Of a DNA stretch of 40,181 bases, positions 18,805 to 27,927 are shown one piece after another. This DNA is from Fibrobacterota bacterium. GTDB lineage: Bacteria; Fibrobacterota; Fibrobacteria; UBA11236. Within the stretch, counting starts at the first letter, position 1; every line of letters starts with the position of its first letter. The notes beneath the pieces were generated by a model. It was not told the origin of the DNA, did no database searches, and worked only from the letters and a program-made list of their open reading frames with translations. Location: the NCBI GenBank assembly GCA_043753995.1, contig JAYUVP010000093.1, forward strand, positions 1 through 40,181, given 5' to 3'. Made by a program: the position numbers and the translations under genes.

Positions 18805-19539
18805 CTAGGGTCCGGGCAGGCGAATACGCAAATGCACGCGGCCCACGCTCACCGTGAGCGGATCGTCGAGCAATTGGACTTCAGCATTCCAGCGGCGAGC
18901 GACATCGGCCGCGAGAGCCTCTAATTCGCCGCGATCCCAAAGCAAAAGGCCAGCTTGTTTGCGCGTTTCTCGATAGCCTGAACAAGCGCAGCGCATTAGA
19001 AACAAGGTTTGGCGTCCAAGCGAGCCTTGCAGGGTTGCGCGCTTCAAGGTGCGGCCGATTTCACCCAGGGCGCCGCCACTCTCGTGCACAGGCAAGTCAG
19101 CGATCAAAATGAAGGCGCCGGGCGCGGCCAAGGATCGCAAGGCATCGAGGAGGCGACGCAATTCCGAGGCCTCGCGATAATATTGCACCACGCTGAGCGC
19201 CAAAAGCCTTGTGAATGGCCCCGGAGCTGCTTGCGACAAATCCAGATAATCCGGACCCAGAGTGGCGAAGCGATAAGCATTCGCACCGTGCAGGCGATCG
19301 CGAGCTTCGCTGATAAAGGCCGCACTCACGTCGAGACCGAAATATTGGCGCGGAGGTGCGGCGTGGTCGCGCAAGGCCACGGCCAAAGATCCGGGACCGC
19401 AGCCAATGTCGAGCAGGGAATCGCTTGGGCCCACGGGGAAAAGGTTGGCGCTGGAGCGCAGGAAAAGACGAGCTTGCCAATCCCAGGTGGCGGTGGGAAA
19501 AGGGCTGGGGCCTTCCCAAAAGCTGCGCCAAACCGTCAT
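18805..19539 (-). CDS. Class I SAM-dependent methyltransferase
   Basis: LLDIGCGPG, FGLDVS, SVVQYY; translationally coupled on both sides. Confidence 0.85.
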   Translation of the reverse strand: MTVWRSFWEGPSPFPTATWDWQARLFLRSSANLFPVGPSDSLLDIGCGPGSLAVALRDHAAPPRQYFGLDVSAAFISEARDRLHGANAYRFATLGPDYLDLSQAAPGPFTRLLALSVVQYYREASELRRLLDALRSLAAPGAFILIADLPVHESGGALGEIGRTLKRATLQGSLGRQTLFLMRCACSGYRETRKQAGLLLWDRGELEALAADVARRWNAEVQLLDDPLTVSVGRVHLRIRLPGP

Positions 19540-20585
19540 GGGCCTTGCTTATACGGAGCGAAAGTCGAGGGGGATGCCTTCTCGGAAATCGGCTGCGCGG
19601 TGGGCATGGTTTTAGGCGAAGCCTCGGGCCGCAGCAAATATTCCGGGCGATTGCGCAAATGGTCGATGGCGATTTCGAGATAGCGTCCCAGCACGCCCAG
19701 ATAAAGCAAAATCAATCCGCCGAGGAAAAGCACCGAGGCTACGATATCGGTATAACCTGGCACATTGCCCGGCCCGAAAAATTTCATAGCCACATTGTAA
19801 ACGCCATAAACAAAGGCCAGCACGCTAATGGCGAGACCGACGCGACGCATGAGACGCAAGGGCAAGGTGGAAAAATTGAAAAGCGAATCGCTCATGAGAC
19901 GCCAACTGCGCGTGAAGCTATAGGCGCTTTGTCCATGTTCGCGCGGGCGCAAATCGTATTCCATCACCGTGATGCGAAAGCCCAAGGCCGGCAAAATCGC
20001 GCGTAGCACGAGATGGCGCTCGGGCAAGGCATTCAGGGTATCGCCTACGTAACGGCTGATCAGGCGAAAGTCGGAACCGGCAGGCGGCATGGGACTGTCG
20101 GCCATGACATTGAAGATGCGGTAAAAGGCGCGCGACAACAGGTTTTTCGTGAGGCCGCCTTGATCTCCTCGCCTCACCATTTGCACCACTTCGGCCCCTT
20201 CGCGGGCCTTGGCTAGCATGGCGGGCAGGCATTCCGGAGGATGCTGCCCGTCGGCATCCAGGGACGCGATGAAGCGTCCCCTCGCGGCGCGATAGCCAGC
20301 GCGTAAGGCGCTTTGGTGTCCGGCATTGGCGACAAAACACAAGAGCTTGACGCGTGCATCGACGCGGCGCAAGGCTTCGACGGCAGAAGCGGTGCCGTCT
20401 TGGCTACCGTCGTCGATGAAGATTATTTCCAGGGAAATGCCAGGTAACGCTTGCGTTACAGCCGCATGCATGGCGGACACATTGCCCGCTTCATTGTGGC
20501 AGGGCAAAAGCAGGCTGAGTTCCGGGGCTTGGCCCGAGACGTCCTTGGGCAAGGGGCCGGGCAGCCAATCGCTGGGTTGAGGCAA
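19536..20585 (-). CDS. GT2 polyprenyl-phosphate glycosyltransferase (GtrB/CsbB/YkoT-like)
   Basis: LSLLLPCHNE, IDDGSQD, NAGHQSALRAG, LDADGQHPP, SDFRLISR, two C-terminal TM helices then NRPEYL. TTG 20585 chosen for its GGAGG RBS; upstream TG-c-TACAAT extended -10-like element (20610-20602). Confidence 0.85.
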   Translation of the reverse strand: MPQPSDWLPGPLPKDVSGQAPELSLLLPCHNEAGNVSAMHAAVTQALPGISLEIIFIDDGSQDGTASAVEALRRVDARVKLLCFVANAGHQSALRAGYRAARGRFIASLDADGQHPPECLPAMLAKAREGAEVVQMVRRGDQGGLTKNLLSRAFYRIFNVMADSPMPPAGSDFRLISRYVGDTLNALPERHLVLRAILPALGFRITVMEYDLRPREHGQSAYSFTRSWRLMSDSLFNFSTLPLRLMRRVGLAISVLAFVYGVYNVAMKFFGPGNVPGYTDIVASVLFLGGLILLYLGVLGRYLEIAIDHLRNRPEYLLRPEASPKTMPTAQPISEKASPSTFAPYKQGP

Positions 20586-20739
20586 AGCAACCTCCCCGAG
20601 GATTGTAGCATAGCCGTGGTTTCGGAGGGCAGGGGGTCGAAAAAGCGTCCTCCCCGGTTGCTGGGGTGAAGTGCTCATTGAGGACAAGAGAGAGGGAGCC
20701 TAGTTATGACGAGACGGGTAAAAAACAGGCGGGTAATAG

Positions 20740-21420
20740 ATGATTCTGCATGTCCGCCAAGGCGGCTTTTTTCGAAACAACGGTCTTTCCGTCGTCTTCT
20801 TCGCCCTATTCCTCGGAACCCTCGCAGCTCAGAGCCTCGCGGGATGGCTCACCTACAATGAGGATCAAATAATCCATTCAGCGCCTGAGGTGGACTTTTC
20901 CTCCTACCTAATGCGACCGCATTTCTGGCAAGCCATGGGCGAAAATTGGGAAAGCGAATTCCTGCAAATGGTCGCCTACGTGCTCCTCACGGCTTTCCTT
21001 TTTCAGCGCGGGTCTTCCGAGTCGAAGGACCCGGACAAGGAAGAAGAGGTGGATCAGGAACCCAAAAGGAGTCGAATACTTAAAGATGCCCCTTGGCCCG
21101 TGCATGCCGGCGGGTGGGTGCTCGGACTTTACCGCTATTCCCTGACATGGGCATTTCTCTTGCTTTTCCTGCTTTCCTTTGGATTGCACGCTTGCGCGGG
21201 GGTTCGGAAATTCAATGAAGAGGCGGCCCAGCAAGGGCAGGCCCTCCAAACCTTATCTCAATTCCTCTTATCCCCTGATTTCTGGTTCGAGTCCATGCAG
21301 AATTGGCAAAGCGAATTCCTGGCGATTTTCGCCATGATCACGCTTTCCATTTTCTTACGCCACAAGGGGTCTCCCGAATCGAAACCCTTAATGGCGCCCC
21401 ATTCCCACACGGGGAGATGA
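20740..21420 (+). CDS. DUF6766-like membrane protein
   Basis: Duplicated motif ENWESEFL...RGSSESK / QNWQSEFL...KGSPESK; several TM helices. Confidence 0.75.
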   Translation: MILHVRQGGFFRNNGLSVVFFALFLGTLAAQSLAGWLTYNEDQIIHSAPEVDFSSYLMRPHFWQAMGENWESEFLQMVAYVLLTAFLFQRGSSESKDPDKEEEVDQEPKRSRILKDAPWPVHAGGWVLGLYRYSLTWAFLLLFLLSFGLHACAGVRKFNEEAAQQGQALQTLSQFLLSPDFWFESMQNWQSEFLAIFAMITLSIFLRHKGSPESKPLMAPHSHTGR

Positions 21421-21428
21421 ATTGCTCA

Positions 21429-22046
21429 TTACCATCCGGCAACCGTCGTATCGGCGAAGGTCGCGAAAATGAAATCGCGTTGACTCATATTCAGGTGACA
21501 TGAGGCGCACATGGATTTGACCGCTGGATTTCGGCTATCGCCTTTCACCACCCAAGCGCCGGTTGTGGTCCATGCCAAATATTCCCAGTCGCCTCCTGCG
21601 GAATCATAACCCGCACCATGCTTGAGCATGGCGGCAAGAAAAAGCGGTGAACCGGGCTGGCCGGAGGAATCGGTATAGTGCTCTTTGAGAAATATTGTAC
21701 CGGGGGTATAGGTGACATAGCTGGAGGAATCCATGGCCTCATCCGCCTCGATGTCCAATTCACGCAACTGCCCGCGGTGATTGATAAAATAATCCTGGGG
21801 CCTTTGGTTGACAAAAATACGGACCCGCTGATTCCAATGCAGACCTGATTTTTCGAAAACCGTGACTCTCGTAAAAAGGTTTCGATATTCAGCGGCGAAA
21901 TGGGGTGAGTCGACGGGGGGCGGCCAGGGAGACGGCCTTTCCGCGGACCGAGCCGAATGCGTGACATCCGGCACGTCGGAATGGCGCTGACCGCATCCCA
22001 CGACGAAGGCGATACAAATAATTATTAGTGTGACAAAAGGAATCAT
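21429..22046 (-). CDS. Cytochrome P460-family lipoprotein
   Basis: Lipobox VVGC; YTPGTIFLKE; MLK..GYD..GGDWEY; C-terminal CASCH...DFIF. Confidence 0.75.
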   Translation of the reverse strand: MIPFVTLIIICIAFVVGCGQRHSDVPDVTHSARSAERPSPWPPPVDSPHFAAEYRNLFTRVTVFEKSGLHWNQRVRIFVNQRPQDYFINHRGQLRELDIEADEAMDSSSYVTYTPGTIFLKEHYTDSSGQPGSPLFLAAMLKHGAGYDSAGGDWEYLAWTTTGAWVVKGDSRNPAVKSMCASCHLNMSQRDFIFATFADTTVAGW

Positions 22047-22681
22047 TCTAATGTCGCAGCGACGGTGCCTTCAGCCTTGCCTTTCGACAGTATCTCGCCT
22101 TTTTGCTCGGCTCCCTTGGTAAGCTTTACGGTTAGAGGTTCGTGCTTTGGTGACCAGAAATGCATTTCGGTGGCTTGATCAGGAACACCCTCGATGGTGA
22201 AGGCGATCGATTTTTCTCCAGGCTTGGGTTCTAGAATGGAATGCGCTTGGCTGGGCACATTGGCGATCCAGCTTTGCATTTTCGGATGGATTTTACAGCC
22301 AATGCGTACGACTTGGCCTTCGGTCCATGTCACCTTGAGTTTGGCGTCTTGACCCGGAGGCACTAGTCCCGCGTCGAAATTGATTCCGGTGCCGGCATCA
22401 TTCGCAAAGACATTGTGATCGACATTATCTGCATTCTTGAAGGTGATTTCAGACCCCGATTTGCCGACCGTCATTTTTTCCGAGAATTGTTTGTCTTTTT
22501 GATTGATGGCGACTGATGACGGCGAAGGTTTTCCGCCGGCCACCCAGACTAAGGCGACCTGAGGAGGGAGCTTCGCAAAGGTAAGGGTGCCCTTCACCTT
22601 AGCGGCATGCGAGGCTGCGAAGCAAAGGAATAGGGTTGCGAAAACCAAGGTGTTCAAGGGTGGGATAGGCCGGGGATTCAT
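22043..22681 (-). CDS. Periplasmic cupredoxin-domain protein (MauL-like, type 1 Cu site)
   Basis: Signal peptide ..ASHA|A; INQKDKQF; FKNADNVDHNVF; CKIHPKM; AGGA RBS before ATG 22681. Confidence 0.8.
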   Translation of the reverse strand: MNPRPIPPLNTLVFATLFLCFAASHAAKVKGTLTFAKLPPQVALVWVAGGKPSPSSVAINQKDKQFSEKMTVGKSGSEITFKNADNVDHNVFANDAGTGINFDAGLVPPGQDAKLKVTWTEGQVVRIGCKIHPKMQSWIANVPSQAHSILEPKPGEKSIAFTIEGVPDQATEMHFWSPKHEPLTVKLTKGAEQKGEILSKGKAEGTVAATLE

Positions 22682-22708
22682 AAAGTATTCCTGGGTTGAC
22701 AATCGGAA

Positions 22709-23749
22709 TCAGCGGACCGAACCATGACCCTTTGCATCGTCGGGCGGAATGCGAGGTGAATCGACCAAAAGTGGCTCGTTGATGGCCCCCATAAAGGCCA
22801 CCAAATCCTGAATCTCTGGTTCGCTCAAGTTTAATGGAAGAATGAGATTGCTGATACCTGCTTTATTGTTGCCACCGCGGTTATAGAAACGCACCACGTC
22901 TTCGACAGATTTTTCTGAACCATTATGCATGTAGGGGGCGCTATACAGGACATTGCGCAATCCCGGAGTCTTGAAGGCGCCCAACATGCCGGGACCCTTC
23001 ATGATTTTCACGCGCCCCGAATCCTCGCCGGTGACCCCGATATTGTGGAAGCTGTCATCCGTCATATTGGGACCACTATGGCATTGCGTGCAGCGTCCCT
23101 TGCCTTCAAAAAGAGCCAGACCGCGAACCGCATGCGGACTCATGGCAAGCTTGTCCCCGCGTAGGTAGCGATCGTATGGCGTATTGGTTACGATGAGGCT
23201 GCGTTCAAAGGAGGCGAGTGCCTTGGCGACATTTTCCACTTGGAGGCCATTCTTACCGTAGACGACTTCAAATTCTCGGCGATAATACGATGCTTTTTTT
23301 AGCCTGGGGGCAATAGAGTCGATGGGCAAATTCATCTCGCCTCCAGCGGCAATTGGCCCCAAGGCCTGTTGTTCGAGAGTGGCGGCGCGCCCATCCCAAA
23401 AGAAAATCGAACCCCAGGCGAGGTTGACCAAATGCGGGGCATTGCGGCCCACCCTGCCGCCCTTGGCGCCAATCCCGGCGGCCATACCGTCGCTGAAGCC
23501 TAAGGTGGGGTTGTGGCATGTCGCGCAGCTTTGCGTTTGGTTGAAGGAAAGTCGAGTGTCGAAAAACAAGGTTTTGCCGAGCTCGATTTCTTGCTTCGAA
23601 GGTGGAGCCCCGTCAGGGTATTCGATGGCTTCCGCATTAGGTGTGCCAATTTTGGTTGCCGGTGAGGCGGTGGAGGCCGCAAGCGGGGCTTGGGCCAAAG
23701 CGATGCCAAGAAAGACAAGGGTGTGCCGGGTAATGGTTTTCTTGTTCAT
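22709..23749 (-). CDS. Di-heme cytochrome c peroxidase superfamily protein, MauG-like
   Basis: Signal peptide; LGKTLFFDTRLS, CATCH, RNAP, FWDGRA, EM, CTQCH, FKTPGLRNV..APYMHNG...VVRFY; GGAG RBS before ATG 23749. Confidence 0.88.
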   Translation of the reverse strand: MNKKTITRHTLVFLGIALAQAPLAASTASPATKIGTPNAEAIEYPDGAPPSKQEIELGKTLFFDTRLSFNQTQSCATCHNPTLGFSDGMAAGIGAKGGRVGRNAPHLVNLAWGSIFFWDGRAATLEQQALGPIAAGGEMNLPIDSIAPRLKKASYYRREFEVVYGKNGLQVENVAKALASFERSLIVTNTPYDRYLRGDKLAMSPHAVRGLALFEGKGRCTQCHSGPNMTDDSFHNIGVTGEDSGRVKIMKGPGMLGAFKTPGLRNVLYSAPYMHNGSEKSVEDVVRFYNRGGNNKAGISNLILPLNLSEPEIQDLVAFMGAINEPLLVDSPRIPPDDAKGHGSVR

Positions 23750-23763
23750 AGGCAAACTCCTCG

Positions 23764-25437
23764 CTAAGTCAATAGATCGGTCGGTTGTGATGGATTTAAT
23801 AACCTGAAATTTCCGACTAAATCGCGCAGGCTATTCGCGACCTTGGATAATTCTTCGGCGAATTCACGAGTTTGACCCGCGACTTCACGCGTTTCGACCG
23901 CCGCTTCGGTCACGTGATGAATGGTTTCGCTGATGGAATGATTGCGTTCGGCGAGTTCGGCCGCATGCGCTCCAATCGCGCTGGTGGTGGTCGCCTGTTG
24001 GCTCATGGCATTGGCAGCAAAGGTTTGAATGTCGCGCATGTGTCCGATGGTTTTGACGATATGGGTAATGCTTCCAGCCGCCGTATCGGAGTCGTCGCTG
24101 ATGGCCTTGGCGCGGTTGGCGATATCATCGGTGGCTTTTCTGGTTTGCCGCGCGAGATCTTTGACTTCGATGGCAACCACGGCGAATCCTTTGCCCATTT
24201 CTCCGGCGCGTGAGGCCTCGATGGTGGCATTGAGCGCGAGCATATTGGTTTTATCGGCGATGCTTTGAATCGCCGAAGTCACGCTGGTGATGGTTGTTCC
24301 GGTTTGCAGCAATTGGGTCATGGCGGTTTTTGCGGCTGCGGCCTGGTCGACGCCCAATTGCGCGGCCTGGACGGCTTCTCTTGTGCCCGAGACAACGCCA
24401 TCGATACCTTGCGACAACTCTTGGGTGGCTTTGGCGACCTCTTCGACCCGGCGCGACATTACATTGGAGTGCTCCAAAGCAGTAGCGGCTTTGACAGCCG
24501 TATCGCCCGCGGAGCGATTCAACAAGCCGCTGCAATGGAGCAATGCTCCCGAGCGTTGCTGCAATTGGGTCGACGCCGTTTCGATCGAGAGCAAGGTCGC
24601 GCTCAAGTTTTGTATGGCTTGGTTCAAGGCGGATCCCATTTGACCCACTTCATCTCGGGTGGGATTATCAATGCGCCGGGTGAGATCCCCGGATGCGAGA
24701 GCCTGGGCTAGGCCTCTCACCTCGGCGACGGGATTCGTGATATTTCGCGAAATAAATTGGAAGAAAAACGCGGCAAGACCGATCGAGATCAGGGCAACCG
24801 ACCATGTGATATAGGTGCTATGGCGAATGCGTAGTGTGGCGAGGGCGGAGGCCTTCACCGCATCGGAACCAATGGCATCCGCTAAGGTTTCGATTATAGG
24901 CTGCATCTTTTTGTAATCCACTTCCAAGGTGGCGGTAGATTGGTATACGCTCTTGTCGTCGCTTGATAATACGGTCTCCAGGTCATTACGGTAGAGATCA
25001 ACGTCCGTTCTCAACTCGACCAGGCCTGCCATCACTTCCCGACTCAATTTGAGCGATTCTAGATTGCTGATATAACTTTCCAAGCCTGCGCCTCCGGCTT
25101 CAAAATCTTCAATGCTGGATTGCAGGACATCGCCGTCATTGCGCTCAATCGCATCGGCGCCGCGTATCGCCACACCGCGCAAAGTTTCAATGGATTTGTC
25201 GATCAGCAGGATATTGCGCACCCCGGCGAGTTGGTCGGTGGCCAAAGCGTGTATATCCTTGCCCGATCGGTTGAGGTTGAATTGCCCAACCAGGGAAAGC
25301 AAAAGCGTCGCCATCGAAAGTAAAAGGAAAAGCGATCCCAGTTTCGCGCGCAATGGCCAATCGACAAACCGGCCCTGGGGTAGGGGATGCGAGAGGCGGT
25401 ATATTACTGCGAGAAAACGCGACGACTTTGTGCCCAT
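23764..25437 (-). CDS. Methyl-accepting chemotaxis protein (four-helix-bundle sensor, HAMP, signalling domain)
   Basis: Two TM helices, HAMP ([23 protein letters not shown]), [37 protein letters not shown]. Confidence 0.93.
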   Translation of the reverse strand: MGTKSSRFLAVIYRLSHPLPQGRFVDWPLRAKLGSLFLLLSMATLLLSLVGQFNLNRSGKDIHALATDQLAGVRNILLIDKSIETLRGVAIRGADAIERNDGDVLQSSIEDFEAGGAGLESYISNLESLKLSREVMAGLVELRTDVDLYRNDLETVLSSDDKSVYQSTATLEVDYKKMQPIIETLADAIGSDAVKASALATLRIRHSTYITWSVALISIGLAAFFFQFISRNITNPVAEVRGLAQALASGDLTRRIDNPTRDEVGQMGSALNQAIQNLSATLLSIETASTQLQQRSGALLHCSGLLNRSAGDTAVKAATALEHSNVMSRRVEEVAKATQELSQGIDGVVSGTREAVQAAQLGVDQAAAAKTAMTQLLQTGTTITSVTSAIQSIADKTNMLALNATIEASRAGEMGKGFAVVAIEVKDLARQTRKATDDIANRAKAISDDSDTAAGSITHIVKTIGHMRDIQTFAANAMSQQATTTSAIGAHAAELAERNHSISETIHHVTEAAVETREVAGQTREFAEELSKVANSLRDLVGNFRLLNPSQPTDLLT

Positions 25438-25665
25438 TCTGGAAAGTATAAGGCGTGGCTAAATCAAGAACCATATTAAAATTTGACCGATTTAGCGATC
25501 ACATGAGGGTTTGCTAAAAGGGCGGGTTGTTTAACGAGGGTACGATTTTTAGCCTAGTTTCTGCGGATCCTCCCGAAAAAGGGTCAAGTTGCTCCCAAAA
25601 AAGCTTTCCATTGGGGTAACTAAAACAGACAATTCTTTGTCCTATCCTTTTTCAGGAGTTTACCC

Positions 25666-26985
25666 ATGTTTCGAAATGTGAACTTTTCCCTTGCGGCCTG
25701 GATGGCCTTTGTTTTTCTTGTCACAGGTTGCGGCAAAAGCAAAAACACGGCAGTTGAAGAAAAATGTGGTAGCGATACGACGACTCTAGTCATCACCATC
25801 ACCGCTCCTTCCGGCGTCAGCCCTGACATCACCGTGAGTGGACCCCAAGGTTTTTCCCAGCAAGTCAGCGCCACGACCAAGCTTTCTGGAGTCAAAGCGG
25901 GACTCTATACGTTCGCGGGCCGCCGTCACAAGGTCGCGGGATCCCCGATTGGAAAAGCCTTCTATGCCCTCATCGACGCCAATATCGCTTCAGAGCAGTT
26001 GACCTTGAAGAGTTGCCAGCCCGAAACCGTGACGGTAGATTACAAACAAGAACCGGGTAGCGAAAAACTTTGGGTGCTGGAAGACGGAATCAAGTCCTTT
26101 ACCTTGGCGGCCATCGCGGCCAGCGGTTCGCCCACGGCCTCGGCGCGTTTCGCCACTCCCGCTGGAGCCCGTAGTTTGGCATTCGATGCGGATGGAAATT
26201 TGTGGTTTACCCATGCTCAGGGAATTAGCATGCTGGCCATGCGCGACCTGGGAACTTCGGGGGCACCGACTTCGGTGGCCTTGACCGGAGCCGGTGCCGC
26301 AGGAACGGGCATACCGGGTGCCAAGGGTTTGGCTTTCGACGCCGAGGGTAACTTGTGGGTTGCCTATGGCGCTGACGATAAAGTGGCTTGTTTCCTGAAA
26401 AGCCAATTGGCTGACAGTGGCAGCCCCACACCGAGCCGGCAAATTTCTGGCCCCGATTTGCTGTCTCCCGACGCCATTGCCTTCGATGCCGAGGGTAACT
26501 TGTGGGTGACGAGTGCCGAGGGCCCGGCCATTCTGAAGTATTCCGCGTCCAGGCTCGCCGCCACCTATGCCGGAACTGCCGACCTATCCATTCAAACTAT
26601 CAGTGCTCCACCCGTGATAGTCCCCTATCCTGATCCCCAGGCCTTGGCCTTCGATGCAGACAAAAACCTGTGGGTGAGTTACGGCGGTAGCACTCTGGTG
26701 CGCTTAACGCCTGCTCAACGAGCGGTCTCCGATTCCGCCTTGACGCCCTCCGTAGTCATCGATGTCGGCGTCTTGGCCTTAGCCGAGGGATTGGCTTTTG
26801 ACGGGGATGGAAAATTGTGGATGCCGGGCAAGGTTGGAAAAATCGTTTCGGGGGCGGCAAGTTCGCTTGCCGCTTCGGGAGCTCTTCTTGCAGCCATCAC
26901 ATTAAGCCCGACGGGTTTTGGCTATGCCGCCGCCTTGGCCGTGAATCCGGCGCCCAGCATGTTGCCGCTTCGGGATCACGAATAG
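25666..26985 (+). CDS. Lipoprotein with NHL/Vgb-like beta-propeller repeats
   Basis: AGGAG RBS; lipobox VTGC; five (L/I)AFDxxG/KxLW repeats. Confidence 0.8.
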   Translation: MFRNVNFSLAAWMAFVFLVTGCGKSKNTAVEEKCGSDTTTLVITITAPSGVSPDITVSGPQGFSQQVSATTKLSGVKAGLYTFAGRRHKVAGSPIGKAFYALIDANIASEQLTLKSCQPETVTVDYKQEPGSEKLWVLEDGIKSFTLAAIAASGSPTASARFATPAGARSLAFDADGNLWFTHAQGISMLAMRDLGTSGAPTSVALTGAGAAGTGIPGAKGLAFDAEGNLWVAYGADDKVACFLKSQLADSGSPTPSRQISGPDLLSPDAIAFDAEGNLWVTSAEGPAILKYSASRLAATYAGTADLSIQTISAPPVIVPYPDPQALAFDADKNLWVSYGGSTLVRLTPAQRAVSDSALTPSVVIDVGVLALAEGLAFDGDGKLWMPGKVGKIVSGAASSLAASGALLAAITLSPTGFGYAAALAVNPAPSMLPLRDHE

Positions 26986-27007
26986 AGTTTCTCGAAGTCC
27001 TCAAAAC

Positions 27008-27033
27008 AAAAAAGGGCCGCAAACGCGGCCCTT
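27008..27033 (-). terminator. Intrinsic terminator between convergent genes (U-tract on the minus strand, after fkpA)
   Basis: AAGGGCCGC-AAAC-GCGGCCCTT (27012-27033) preceded by an A-run on the plus strand. Confidence 0.8.
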
Positions 27034-27059
27034 AATTACGAATTCTTAAAAGAACGCTC

Positions 27060-27824
27060 TTAGTGAGCGTGTCCCGCATGCGGGTCATGTGCATCGGGCT
27101 TAGTGGGTTCGGCAATGGAAATGAGTTCCACGTCGAAAATCAAAGCCGCATTGGGGCCGATTTGGCCGCCAGCGCCGCGAGGGCCATAGCCCAAGCTCGA
27201 GGGAATGAAGAGCTTCCATTTGGATCCAACGGGCATGAGCTGCAAGGCCTCCGTCCATCCCTTGATCACGCCAGTGACGGGGAAGGTGACGGGCTGACCG
27301 CGCTTGATGGAGCTGTCGAATTCGGTGCCATCGAGTAAGGTGCCGGCATAATGAACCGTGACCGTATTGGTGGAATCGGGCTTTTTGCCAGTGCCTTCGG
27401 TGATGATCTTGTATTGCAATCCGCTGGCTGTGGTGATAATGCCGGCTTCTTTGCCGTTCTTGGCAAAGAAGGAATCGCTAGCCTTTTGATTGGCGTCGGC
27501 CTTGACCTTATTCAGCGAATCTTGCTTAGCCATCATGGATTTTTGAAATGCCATCATGGTTTCATTGAGTTGCGAATCAGACAGGACCGACTTGGTACCG
27601 GTCAGGGCATCGAGAATGCCAACGCGCATTTTCTTCAAATCCACATCGTCAGCGCCCAAGTTTTGCTGCTTTAGGCTTTTGCCAATATCTAAGCCGATGG
27701 CATAGCTGACCTTGTCTTTTTCGCTGGACAAGGTACGAGCCTCGGCCTCATTTTCGGCTTTTTGGCAGCCGATGAATGCCATACCAACCAAGGCCGTTAT
27801 CGCCCACTGTTTCCCAATCGTCAT
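27060..27824 (-). CDS. fkpA: FKBP-type peptidyl-prolyl isomerase (FkpA/Mip-like lipoprotein)
   Basis: KVSYAIGLDIG, TASGLQY, VTVHYAGTLLDGTEFDSS, VIKGWTEALQLM, LIFDVEL; GAGGAG RBS; lipobox FIGC. Confidence 0.92.
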   Translation of the reverse strand: MTIGKQWAITALVGMAFIGCQKAENEAEARTLSSEKDKVSYAIGLDIGKSLKQQNLGADDVDLKKMRVGILDALTGTKSVLSDSQLNETMMAFQKSMMAKQDSLNKVKADANQKASDSFFAKNGKEAGIITTASGLQYKIITEGTGKKPDSTNTVTVHYAGTLLDGTEFDSSIKRGQPVTFPVTGVIKGWTEALQLMPVGSKWKLFIPSSLGYGPRGAGGQIGPNAALIFDVELISIAEPTKPDAHDPHAGHAH

Positions 27825-27927
27825 TCCCTACTCCTCGTGATGTAAAACCGCTATTCAAGTGCGGGCGTAAGGTAGCAAAAGCATAAATGTCAAAAAAAGG
27901 TCATAATATCCTAATTATTGCATACCC

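Noticed and set aside
22043..23749. Methylamine utilisation (mau) cluster
   Set aside because: No mauA/B/D/E-like genes; the similarity is at superfamily level only.
26335..26507. 26-nt near-identical direct repeats (26335-26360, 26482-26507)
   Set aside because: They are in-frame copies of the FDAEGNLWV propeller blade, not CRISPR repeats; no cas genes.
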